Translations under genes and position numbers: made by a program
NCBI GenBank assembly: GCA_900234795.1
Contig: LT962688.1
Span: forward strand, 4,200,001 to 4,232,000
Direction of reading: 5' to 3'
DNA: 32,000 nucleotides
From: Methylorubrum extorquens
Lineage (GTDB): Bacteria; Pseudomonadota; Alphaproteobacteria; Rhizobiales; Beijerinckiaceae
The notes under the pieces: generated by a model
Seen by the model: only the letters and a program-made list of their open reading frames with translations
Database searches by the model: none
Told to the model about the DNA's origin: nothing
Shown here: positions 1-7,054 of the stretch, one piece after another
How the letters are laid out: the number at the start of each line of letters is the position of its first letter
How positions within the stretch are numbered: the first letter of the stretch is position 1

Positions 1-78
1 GTCCCCTGCGCCATCTGACGCGAGCGTACGCGCGACCAACCCGCCGCGTGAGCCCCGAGGAAGCCCCAAGGAAGCCCA

Positions 79-1089
79 ATGACAAAAAACCTGCCCGAGA
101 CCATGCGCCAGATCCGCTTCACCGCTGCGGGTGGCCCTGAGGTCATCGCGGTCGAGACCGTGCCGCTGCCGGAGCCCGCGGCCGGGCAGGTTCTGATCGA
201 GGTGGTCGCGGCGGGGGTCAACCGGCCCGACATCATGCAGCGCCAGGGCAGCTACCCGCCGCCCAAGGGTGCGACCGAGATTCCGGGCCTCGAGATCGCC
301 GGCCGCATCGCGGCTTTGGGCGAGGGGGTGACGGGTTTTTCGGAGGGCGAGGAGGTCTGCGCCCTCGTCATCAGCGGCGGTTACGCCGAATTCGCCGTCG
401 CCGAGGCCGGGCAGGTGCTGAAGAAGCCCGGGCCGCTCTCGCTGGTGGAAGCCGCCGGCCTGCCGGAGACGGTCTTCACCGTCTATTCCACGGTGATCCA
501 GCGCGGGCGCTTGCAGAAGGGCGAGACCTTCCTCGTGCATGGCGGGTCTAGCGGCATCGGCACCACGGCGATCCAGATCGCCAAGCAGCACGGCGCCCGC
601 GTCCTCACCACCGCCGGCTCGGACGAGAAGTGCCGGTTCTGCGAGGAGCTGGGCGCGGATGCCGCCATCAACTACCGCGAGGCCGATTTCGCCGAGGAGG
701 TGAAGCGCCTCACTGACGGTAAGGGGGTCGACGTGATCCTGGACATGGTCGGCGCGGCCTACCTGCAAAAGAACATCGCCTCGCTGGCGGTGGAGGGGCG
801 CCTCGTCCAGATCGCCTTCATGAAGGGCTTCAAGGCCGAGAACCTGACGCTGACCCCGATCATGCTCAAGCGCCTGACCATCACCGGCGCGACCCTGCGG
901 GCCCAGGCCAAGGAAGCGAAGGCCGCCATCGCCGAGGGCTTGAAGCGGGATGTCTGGCCGCTGGTCGAGGCGGGCAAGATCCGCCCCGTCGTTCACGCCA
1001 CCTTCCCGCTCGAGGAGGCGCGCAAGGCGCATGAGCTGATGGAGACCAGCAGCCACACGGGCAAGATCCTGCTCACGACGGGCCGCTGA
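79..1089 (+). CDS. qor: NADPH:quinone oxidoreductase (zeta-crystallin type, medium-chain dehydrogenase/reductase)
   Basis: 336-aa ORF with MDR-family features: GVNRPD, the GGSSGIGTTAIQ nucleotide-binding loop and a C-terminal HTGKILL. AAGGAAG Shine-Dalgarno just upstream of the ATG. Confidence 0.85.
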   Translation: MTKNLPETMRQIRFTAAGGPEVIAVETVPLPEPAAGQVLIEVVAAGVNRPDIMQRQGSYPPPKGATEIPGLEIAGRIAALGEGVTGFSEGEEVCALVISGGYAEFAVAEAGQVLKKPGPLSLVEAAGLPETVFTVYSTVIQRGRLQKGETFLVHGGSSGIGTTAIQIAKQHGARVLTTAGSDEKCRFCEELGADAAINYREADFAEEVKRLTDGKGVDVILDMVGAAYLQKNIASLAVEGRLVQIAFMKGFKAENLTLTPIMLKRLTITGATLRAQAKEAKAAIAEGLKRDVWPLVEAGKIRPVVHATFPLEEARKAHELMETSSHTGKILLTTGR

Positions 1090-1148
1090 AGCCTCATCCG
1101 AAGATGTTTTCGGCGATTTGAAAGTGATGCCGCCGAATCAAGACTTTT

Positions 1149-1178
1149 GAGCCTCGTCCCGAATGCGGGACGAAGCTC
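1149..1178 (+). terminator. Stem-loop downstream of qor (13-bp stem with one mismatch, 4-nt loop)
   Basis: gagcctcgtcccg-aatg-cgggacgaagctc, 60 nt after the qor stop. No U-tract follows, so terminator function is uncertain. Confidence 0.3.
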
Positions 1179-1195
1179 AAGGCGCAGCTTGCTCA

Positions 1196-1221
1196 GGAAC
1201 TCTCGGAGCCACACCGGCGTT
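1196..1221 (+). promoter_or_regulatory. Candidate sigma-EcfG (general stress response) promoter, GGAAC-N17-CGTT
   Basis: GGAAC at 1196-1200, a 17-nt spacer, and CGTT at 1218-1221. About 60 nt upstream of the ATG at 1281, intergenic and correctly oriented. Confidence 0.4.
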
Positions 1222-1280
1222 GGCCAAGCATAACCGATGCTGACGCCGCCCCTTTCACCGGGCGGAAGAGAGGGAACTTC

Positions 1281-1559
1281 ATGGCCCAGATCGAGACCCA
1301 AACCGATGCCCGTCAGGGTGCGAAGGGCAAGCCTGTCCTTTACGTGCTGGTCGCGAGCCTCGTCCTTCTGGCGGTCGCCACGGTCGGCCTGCTGAGCTGG
1401 AACCGGGTGGAAACGACGTCCGACTACGCCGGCAAGAGCCAGGAATCGTCGCGTGAAGTGACCACGGGGTCCGTCAACAAGGCCCCGTCTTCCAACAGCG
1501 GCAACGTTCCGGCCGAGAACCCGGCCTATCCGCAGCCGGCGCAGAAGTCGGCCCAGTAA
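1281..1559 (+). CDS. Small hypothetical membrane protein (92 aa, one predicted TM helix)
   Basis: Strong SD (GAGAGGGA) before the ATG. Hydrophobic stretch VLYVLVASLVLLAVATVGLL. Followed by a canonical terminator. No family recognised. Confidence 0.6.
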   Translation: MAQIETQTDARQGAKGKPVLYVLVASLVLLAVATVGLLSWNRVETTSDYAGKSQESSREVTTGSVNKAPSSNSGNVPAENPAYPQPAQKSAQ

Positions 1560-1579
1560 GGCCAAGCACCACGATCACG

Positions 1580-1620
1580 AAAAAGCCGCCCGGGACGATG
1601 TCCCGGGCGGCTTTTTCTTT
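1580..1620. terminator. Bidirectional rho-independent terminator
   Basis: A5 tract, then a 12-bp GC stem (gccgcccgggac / gtcccgggcggc) with a 3-nt loop, then a T5 tract. Lies between the convergent small ORF and hbd. Confidence 0.8.
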
Positions 1621-1639
1621 GGCTCTCGGTCTTTGGTTC

Positions 1640-1684
1640 GACCGCATTCCGACGAACCGGCATCCGCTTCGTCGGAATGCGGTC
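1640..1684. repeat. Perfect 17-bp inverted repeat with an 11-nt loop
   Basis: gaccgcattccgacgaa (1640-1656) pairs with ttcgtcggaatgcggtc (1668-1684). Lies 10 nt beyond the hbd stop. Confidence 0.7.
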
Positions 1685-1694
1685 TCGCGAGGCC

Positions 1695-2576
1695 TCAGCG
1701 CGTCGGGATCGGCGTCTCGCCGCGGTAATCGTAGAACCCACGCTTGGTCTTGCGGCCGAGCCAGCCGGCCTCGACGTACTTCACCAGCAGCGGGCAGGGG
1801 CGGTATTTCGAATCCGCCAGACCCTCGTAGAGCACCTGCATCACCGATAGGCAGGTATCGAGGCCGATGAAGTCGGCGAGCTGCAGCGGCCCCATCGGGT
1901 GGTTCGCGCCCAGCCGCATCGCAGTATCGATCGACTCGACCGAGCCCACGCCCTCGTAGAGCGTGTAGATCGCCTCGTTGATCATCGGCAGCAGGATGCG
2001 GTTGACGATGAAGGCCGGGAAGTCCTCCGACATGGTCGAGGTCTTGCCGAGCCGGGCGATGAAGGCCTTGGCCGATTCGTAAGTCGGATCTTCGGTGGCG
2101 ATGCCGCGGATCAGCTCGACGAGCTGCATCACGGGCACCGGGTTCATGAAATGAATGCCGATGAAGCGGTCCGGCCGGTCGGTCGCCGCGGCGAGCCGCG
2201 TGATCGAGATCGAAGAAGTGTTGGTCGCGACCAAGGCGTCGGGCTTGAGCGAGGGGCAGAGCGCCTGGAAGATCTTGCGCTTGGTCGCCTCGTCCTCGGT
2301 GGCGGCCTCGATGACGAGGTCGCAGGGCGCGAGGTCGTCGTAGCTGCGGGCCGCCGCGATGCGGTCCAGGGCACTGCGGCGCTGCTCGTCGCTCAGCGTT
2401 CCCTTCTGGACCTGACGCGTGAGGTTCGCGTCGATCAGCGCGAGACCCGCATCGATCCGCTGCGGATCGCGGTCGTTCAGCCGAACGTGGAGGCCCGAGG
2501 TCGCACAGACATGCGCGATGCCGTTCCCCATCTGGCCGGCACCGACGATGCCGACCGTCTTGATCTCGATGCCCAT
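1695..2576 (-). CDS. hbd: 3-hydroxybutyryl-CoA dehydrogenase
   Basis: 293 aa starting MGIEIKTVGIVGAGQMGNGIA (NAD-binding GxGxxG), with typical HBD core and C-terminal motifs. The track ORF 1695..3704 is an upstream read-through. An alternative ATG exists at 2606. Confidence 0.9.
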   Translation of the reverse strand: MGIEIKTVGIVGAGQMGNGIAHVCATSGLHVRLNDRDPQRIDAGLALIDANLTRQVQKGTLSDEQRRSALDRIAAARSYDDLAPCDLVIEAATEDEATKRKIFQALCPSLKPDALVATNTSSISITRLAAATDRPDRFIGIHFMNPVPVMQLVELIRGIATEDPTYESAKAFIARLGKTSTMSEDFPAFIVNRILLPMINEAIYTLYEGVGSVESIDTAMRLGANHPMGPLQLADFIGLDTCLSVMQVLYEGLADSKYRPCPLLVKYVEAGWLGRKTKRGFYDYRGETPIPTR

Positions 2577-2734
2577 AACCGTATCGCGTCCTACCTGCTG
2601 CGGCATCGTCGTCTCGGACCGCACCCCTAGAATGCGGCACTGCAACAAATGCGTCAAACCGGTCTCAAGCCGCAGGCGCCCAAGCCGGTTCGACGGTGTC
2701 GCGAGGTGCGTTACCGATCCGTCTACCGATGCGT

Positions 2735-3688
2735 CTAACGATCCTTGGCCTTGGCGATCTCGGCCTGCAAGTCCGGCACGACCTGAAACAGGTCGCCGAC
2801 CAGCCCGTAATCCGCCACTTGGAAGATCGGCGCGTCCTCGTCCTTGTTGACGGCGACGATCACCTTCGAGTCCTTCATGCCGGCCAGATGCTGGATCGCG
2901 CCGGAGATACCGACCGCGACGTAGAGGTCGGGCGCCACCACCTTGCCGGTCTGGCCCACCTGCCAGTCGTTCGGGGCGTAGCCGGCATCCACCGCCGCCC
3001 GCGAGGCGCCGACCGCGGCGCCCAGCGCGTCGGCCAGCGGCTCGATCAGCTCCTTGAACTTCTCCGCCGAGCCGAGCGACCGGCCGCCGGAAACGATGAA
3101 CTTGGCTGAAGCCAACTCCGGCCGGTCGGACTTGGCGATTTCTTCCGACTTGTAGGCGGCGCCGAGCGCGTCGGGCGCGGCCGCCGAGACCGCCTCGATC
3201 GCGGCGGAGGCGCTGCCCGGTTCCGCGGGCTTGAAGGCGGCGGTGCGTACGGTGATGACGCGCTTGCCGGCACCGGCCTGCACGGTCTGGATCGCATTGC
3301 CGGCGTAGATCGGGCGCTCGAAGGTGTCGGGCGAGATGACCTTGATGATGTCGGAGATCTGGGCGACGTCGAGGAGCGCGGCGACGCGGGGCAGGGTGTT
3401 CTTGCCCGTGGTCGTGGCGGCGGCGACGATCGCGTCGTAGGGCTCGGCGATCGCGGCGATCAGGGCGGCGGTCGGCTCGGCGAGGTCGTGGTCGTAGGCG
3501 CCGTCCTCGGCATTCAGCACCTTCTCGATGCCGTCGAACTTGGCCGCAGCCTCGGCCGCCGCCTTCGAACCGGTGCCGAGCACCAGGGCGTGGATGGGCG
3601 CGCCCAGTTCCTTGGCGGCGGTCAGCGCCTTCAGTGTGCCGTCCTTGATCTGCCCGTTGGCGTGCTCGACGTAGAGGAGCGTGGTCAT
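2735..3688 (-). CDS. etfA: Electron transfer flavoprotein, alpha subunit
   Basis: 317-aa ORF with clear EtfA similarity along its whole length (N-terminal MTTLLYVEH..., FAD-binding C-terminal half). Confidence 0.95.
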   Translation of the reverse strand: MTTLLYVEHANGQIKDGTLKALTAAKELGAPIHALVLGTGSKAAAEAAAKFDGIEKVLNAEDGAYDHDLAEPTAALIAAIAEPYDAIVAAATTTGKNTLPRVAALLDVAQISDIIKVISPDTFERPIYAGNAIQTVQAGAGKRVITVRTAAFKPAEPGSASAAIEAVSAAAPDALGAAYKSEEIAKSDRPELASAKFIVSGGRSLGSAEKFKELIEPLADALGAAVGASRAAVDAGYAPNDWQVGQTGKVVAPDLYVAVGISGAIQHLAGMKDSKVIVAVNKDEDAPIFQVADYGLVGDLFQVVPDLQAEIAKAKDR

Positions 3689-3768
3689 CGGCGAAACTTC
3701 TCAAAAAGAGGGGAGGCGCGCCGCTCGACCGGAGGCCGGGAGCGGCGCCGCGAGGATCGAAGCCAGGG

Positions 3769-4518
3769 TCAGAGCACGCCGGCTTCGATCTTGAGCTTCT
3801 GCACCAACTCGGCCGCGGAGCCGACCTTGACGCCCGCCTGCCGGCCCGACGGCTCGACGACCTTGAGCACGGTCAGCTTCGGCGCGACGTCGATGCCGAG
3901 CCCCTCCGGCGTCAGCTCCTCCAGCGGCTTCTTCTTCGCCTTCATGATGTTGGGCAGCGACGCGTAGCGCGGCTCGTTGAGGCGCAGATCCGTCGTGACG
4001 ATCGCCGGCAGCTTGAGCGACACGGTCTGGAGGCCGCCATCGACCTCGCGGGTCACGTCGATGCTTCCATCGCCGAATTCGAGCTTGAAGGCGAAGGTGC
4101 CCTGCGGCCAGCCGAGAAGGGCCGCGAGCATCTGGCCGGTCTGGTTCGAATCGTCGTCGATCGCCTGCTTGCCGAGGATGACGAGGTTCGGGCTTTCCTT
4201 CTCGACGATCGCCTTCAGCACCTTGGCGACGGCGAGCGGCTCGCAATTCACGTCGGTCTTGACCAGGATCGCCCGGTCGGCGCCCATGGCGAGCGCGGTG
4301 CGCAGGGTCTCCTGCGCCTGCTGCGGGCCGATCGAGACGGCGACGATCTCGGTGACCTTGCCCTTTTCCTTCAGACGGATCGCCTCCTCGACGGCGATCT
4401 CGTCGAAGGGGTTCATCGACATCTTGACGTTGGCGAGCTCAACGCCCGACCCGTCGGCCTTGACGCGGATCTTCACGTTATAATCGACGACCCGCTTGAC
4501 GGGCACCAGAACCTTCAT
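3769..4518 (-). CDS. etfB: Electron transfer flavoprotein, beta subunit
   Basis: 249-aa ORF starting [19 protein letters not shown], typical of EtfB. GGAGGAAAG SD upstream. Confidence 0.95.
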   Translation of the reverse strand: MKVLVPVKRVVDYNVKIRVKADGSGVELANVKMSMNPFDEIAVEEAIRLKEKGKVTEIVAVSIGPQQAQETLRTALAMGADRAILVKTDVNCEPLAVAKVLKAIVEKESPNLVILGKQAIDDDSNQTGQMLAALLGWPQGTFAFKLEFGDGSIDVTREVDGGLQTVSLKLPAIVTTDLRLNEPRYASLPNIMKAKKKPLEELTPEGLGIDVAPKLTVLKVVEPSGRQAGVKVGSAAELVQKLKIEAGVL

Positions 4519-4680
4519 GGCTGTCGCTTTCCTCCGCTCCTGCGAAGTCCCGGCGTCACTTGCTGGACGACTCTCGGACCCGCTTGACCGCGATCGATGG
4601 GATTTTCAGGGCGGCGGGACCGTAGCGAGGCGATTTCCCGCTTGTCAACGCGCCTTATCGGCGGCGTGACCCGCGGCGAA

Positions 4681-5253
4681 TCACCGGTTCTGGCCGGGCA
4701 CCCAGAGCACGTCGTCGGCGCTGTCGCGGTTGGCCGCGCGCGAGGCCACGAACAGGAAGTCCGACAGCCGGTTGAGATATTGCAGGGCTTCGCCCGAAAT
4801 CGCCTCGCTCTCGACGCCCGACAGCGCGACCACCAACCGCTCGGCGCGGCGGCAGACGGTGCGGGCGAGGTGGAGCGCAGCGGCCGCAGCCGAACCGCCG
4901 GGCAGGACAAAGGATTTCAGCGGCGGGATGTTCGCGTTGAGTGCGTCGATCTCCGTCTCCAGCCGCTGCACCTGCGCGGGCACGATCCGCAGGGGCTCGT
5001 AGCCTAGCGGCTTGTCGCTCGGCGGGGTGGCGAGGTCGGCGCCGAGATCGAACAGGTCGTTCTGGATGCGCGCCAGCATCGCGTCGAGGGCGGGCTCGGC
5101 GGTGAGGCGGGCGAGCCCGATGCAGGCATTGGTCTCGTCGACGGTGCCGTAGGCTTCCACCCGCAGATCCGCCTTGGAGCGCCGCTCGCCGTTGGCGAGC
5201 CCGGTCGTCCCCTGGTCGCCGGTGCGGGTGTAGATGCGGTTGAGCTTGACCAC
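4681..5253 (-). CDS. ATP:cob(I)alamin adenosyltransferase, PduO type
   Basis: Canonical N-terminus (M)VKLNRIYTRTGDQGTTGL when started at the GTG at 5253, which has a GGGAGA SD 6 nt upstream. The track start at ATG 5274 would add 7 aa. Confidence 0.85.
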   Translation of the reverse strand: MVKLNRIYTRTGDQGTTGLANGERRSKADLRVEAYGTVDETNACIGLARLTAEPALDAMLARIQNDLFDLGADLATPPSDKPLGYEPLRIVPAQVQRLETEIDALNANIPPLKSFVLPGGSAAAAALHLARTVCRRAERLVVALSGVESEAISGEALQYLNRLSDFLFVASRAANRDSADDVLWVPGQNR

Positions 5254-5293
5254 GGCGTCTCTCCCGCGGGCCATTAAGTGTTCTTCAACGAGA

Positions 5294-5329
5294 AGACCCG
5301 CCGGGCGATGTTTCGCGCCCGGCGGGTCT
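5294..5329 (-). terminator. Stem-loop terminator after the PagL-like gene
   Basis: Perfect 14-bp stem agacccgccgggcg / cgcccggcgggtct with an 8-nt loop, followed on the minus strand by TTCTCGTT. Confidence 0.6.
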
Positions 5330-5373
5330 TTGCAACCCGTAAAACTCTGGCACCCCGCAAAAGCGGCTTTCGG

Positions 5374-6012
5374 TCAGAAGGTGTAGCCGAGCTTGCCGCC
5401 GAAATTGGTCAGGCCGCGGTTGTCGCCGCACAGGCCGGCATTCGACATGTGCTCGACGGTGGCCATGACGCTCCAATGCGCGTCGATGCGGAAGCCGAGC
5501 GCCGCCGCCTCGCGGAACAGCGGATTGCAGCCCAGCGCGTTGAAGCCGTAGGGGGCGTTCGCCTTCAGGCCGGTATAGCCGTTATGCGCCGCGCCGCCGA
5601 AGAAGCCTTCGAGGAAGACGCGCCGGTCCAGGGTCTCGGGGAAGAGATCCACGGTCCAGGTGGCGCCGATATAGGCGTAGCTGGTGCGGCCGCCGGTGTT
5701 GTAGCTGCCGCCGACCGTGGGCCGCGGCACGAAGGCCTGCCAGAACGGATCGGTGGTGATCAGCGGCTTGGCGAACAGAATCTCGCCGTTGACGTTCGCG
5801 GTGCTGAAGCCCGGCAGCTTGCCCTCGGCGCTGCCCGGATCCTGCACCGAGCCGCCGATGCGAACCTCGGAGACGATGGAGTAGGGCTGGACGGGGGCGA
5901 AGTAGGGCGGCGGTGCGGGAGCCCGGGCGGCGCCGAGATCGGCGGCCTGCGTGGTCGTGATCGCCGACGCGGCCAGCGCGCCGACGAGAATCCGGGCAAA
6001 GGGTGACTTCAT
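5374..6012 (-). CDS. Acyloxyacyl hydrolase / lipid A 3-O-deacylase (PagL family) outer-membrane protein
   Basis: Signal peptide MKSPFARILVGALAASAITTTQA. The EHMSNAG motif matches the PagL His/Ser catalytic motif. C-terminal GYTF as expected for a beta-barrel. The TTG at 6036 is an alternative start. Confidence 0.7.
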   Translation of the reverse strand: MKSPFARILVGALAASAITTTQAADLGAARAPAPPPYFAPVQPYSIVSEVRIGGSVQDPGSAEGKLPGFSTANVNGEILFAKPLITTDPFWQAFVPRPTVGGSYNTGGRTSYAYIGATWTVDLFPETLDRRVFLEGFFGGAAHNGYTGLKANAPYGFNALGCNPLFREAAALGFRIDAHWSVMATVEHMSNAGLCGDNRGLTNFGGKLGYTF

Positions 6013-6181
6013 CGGCGGTTGGTCCGTCCGTTTCAATCCGTCCCAAATATCACGCTGTTCTGAGCACAGCCTGCGGATTCATCCGGTCCCCAACTTTTTG
6101 CCGGCCGGGTGGGGCGTGCGCGCCACACCGATCCGGTCTTCCGTCCGCAGGCCAGCGGCCGCCGAACCGGAGGATCATGAC

Positions 6182-6207
6182 TGCGATGCAACAAATGATG
6201 CATCGCA
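6182..6207. promoter_or_regulatory. Candidate operator: perfect 9-bp inverted repeat TGCGATGCA-N8-TGCATCGCA
   Basis: Seen directly in the divergent PagL-like / lipocalin-like intergenic region, 64 nt upstream of the ATG at 6271. Confidence 0.3.
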
Positions 6208-6270
6208 CAAGGCGGTATCGCGTTGACCGACAGCGCCCCCTGCGGAGCGCATCACGCGAACGGATGGATC

Positions 6271-6768
6271 ATGCGGACGACACGAGGAATGCTGGCAGCT
6301 GCGACCCTGGCAGCGAGCTTGGCGCCGATGCCGGCTCGGGCGGAGGGCAATACCCCGATCCAGGGACTTTGGAAGCTGGTCTCGTACGAGGTGGAGGTCC
6401 GCAAGGACGGCGAGAAGCTGCCGGTGATGGGCGACCACCCGACCGGCTACGCCTATTTCACCCCGGAGAAGCGCGTGTTCTTCGTGCTGACCGGTGAGGA
6501 CCGCAAGCCCGCCAAGGACGACGCGCAGCGGGCCCAGCTCCTTGAGACGCTCGTCTCCTATACCGGCAAGTTCCGCCTCGACGGCGACAAGTGGATCGCC
6601 GACCTCGACGTCGCCTGGGATCCGAAATGGGTCGGCTCGGAGCAGACCCGGACGTTCACGCTCGATGGCGAGCGCCTGCGGGTGCTGACTCCCTGGCGGG
6701 TGATGCCGAACTGGGCCGACAAGGGCGAGACCCGCAGCATCGTCACCTTCGAGCGCGCCAAGGAGTGA
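6271..6768 (+). CDS. Lipocalin-like domain protein, secreted
   Basis: Signal peptide MRTTRGMLAAATLAASLAPMPARA followed by the GLWKLVSYE motif typical of lipocalin-like (Lipocalin_5-type) proteins. The track ORF begins at 6223. Confidence 0.7.
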   Translation: MRTTRGMLAAATLAASLAPMPARAEGNTPIQGLWKLVSYEVEVRKDGEKLPVMGDHPTGYAYFTPEKRVFFVLTGEDRKPAKDDAQRAQLLETLVSYTGKFRLDGDKWIADLDVAWDPKWVGSEQTRTFTLDGERLRVLTPWRVMPNWADKGETRSIVTFERAKE

Positions 6769-6799
6769 GGTCGAAGGGCTCGGTAATCAGGCCGGGCGG

Positions 6800-6985
6800 T
6801 CAGGCCGCCCGCCACCAGACCACGCCCATGATGACGATGATCGCGACGAATTGCAGGAGCACGCGCAGGCGCATCAGCTTCTGCGAGAGGTTGGCGCTGC
6901 CGCCCCGCATCATGTTGACGAGGCCGAAGAGCAGCACGCCGGCCACGGCGAGGCAGGCGAGGAGAACGAGCTGGTTGGCGGACAT
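6800..6985 (-). CDS. Twin transmembrane helix small protein (HIG1 domain)
   Basis: 61 aa with two hydrophobic helices separated by MRGGSANLSQKLMRLR, typical of alphaproteobacterial HIG1-type proteins. Confidence 0.75.
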   Translation of the reverse strand: MSANQLVLLACLAVAGVLLFGLVNMMRGGSANLSQKLMRLRVLLQFVAIIVIMGVVWWRAA

Positions 6986-7004
6986 GGGTCGGTGATCTCG
7001 TGAG

Positions 7005-7028
7005 AGGCCGTGCTCGCGCGAGCACGGC
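7005..7028. terminator. 24-nt perfect palindrome / hairpin after the TIGR02302-family gene
   Basis: ggccgtgctcgc|gcgagcacggcc, lying between the stop at 7055 and the HIG1 start at 6985. No clear U-tract. Confidence 0.45.
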
Positions 7029-7054
7029 CCGAAAGGGGGTTCGATCGGCGGGGT

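Noticed and set aside
2642-2652. The 11-mer tgcaacaaatg is shared between the etfA-hbd spacer (2642) and the PagL/lipocalin spacer (6187)
   Set aside because: Exact 11-mer coincidences are expected many times by chance in 32 kb on two strands, and the flanks show no extended similarity.
1474-3704. ORFs 1474..2640 (388 aa) and the 669-aa extension of 1695..3704
   Set aside because: The first is an off-frame shadow of hbd. The second is upstream read-through of the hbd frame across etfA, and the hbd homology begins only at the ATG at 2576.
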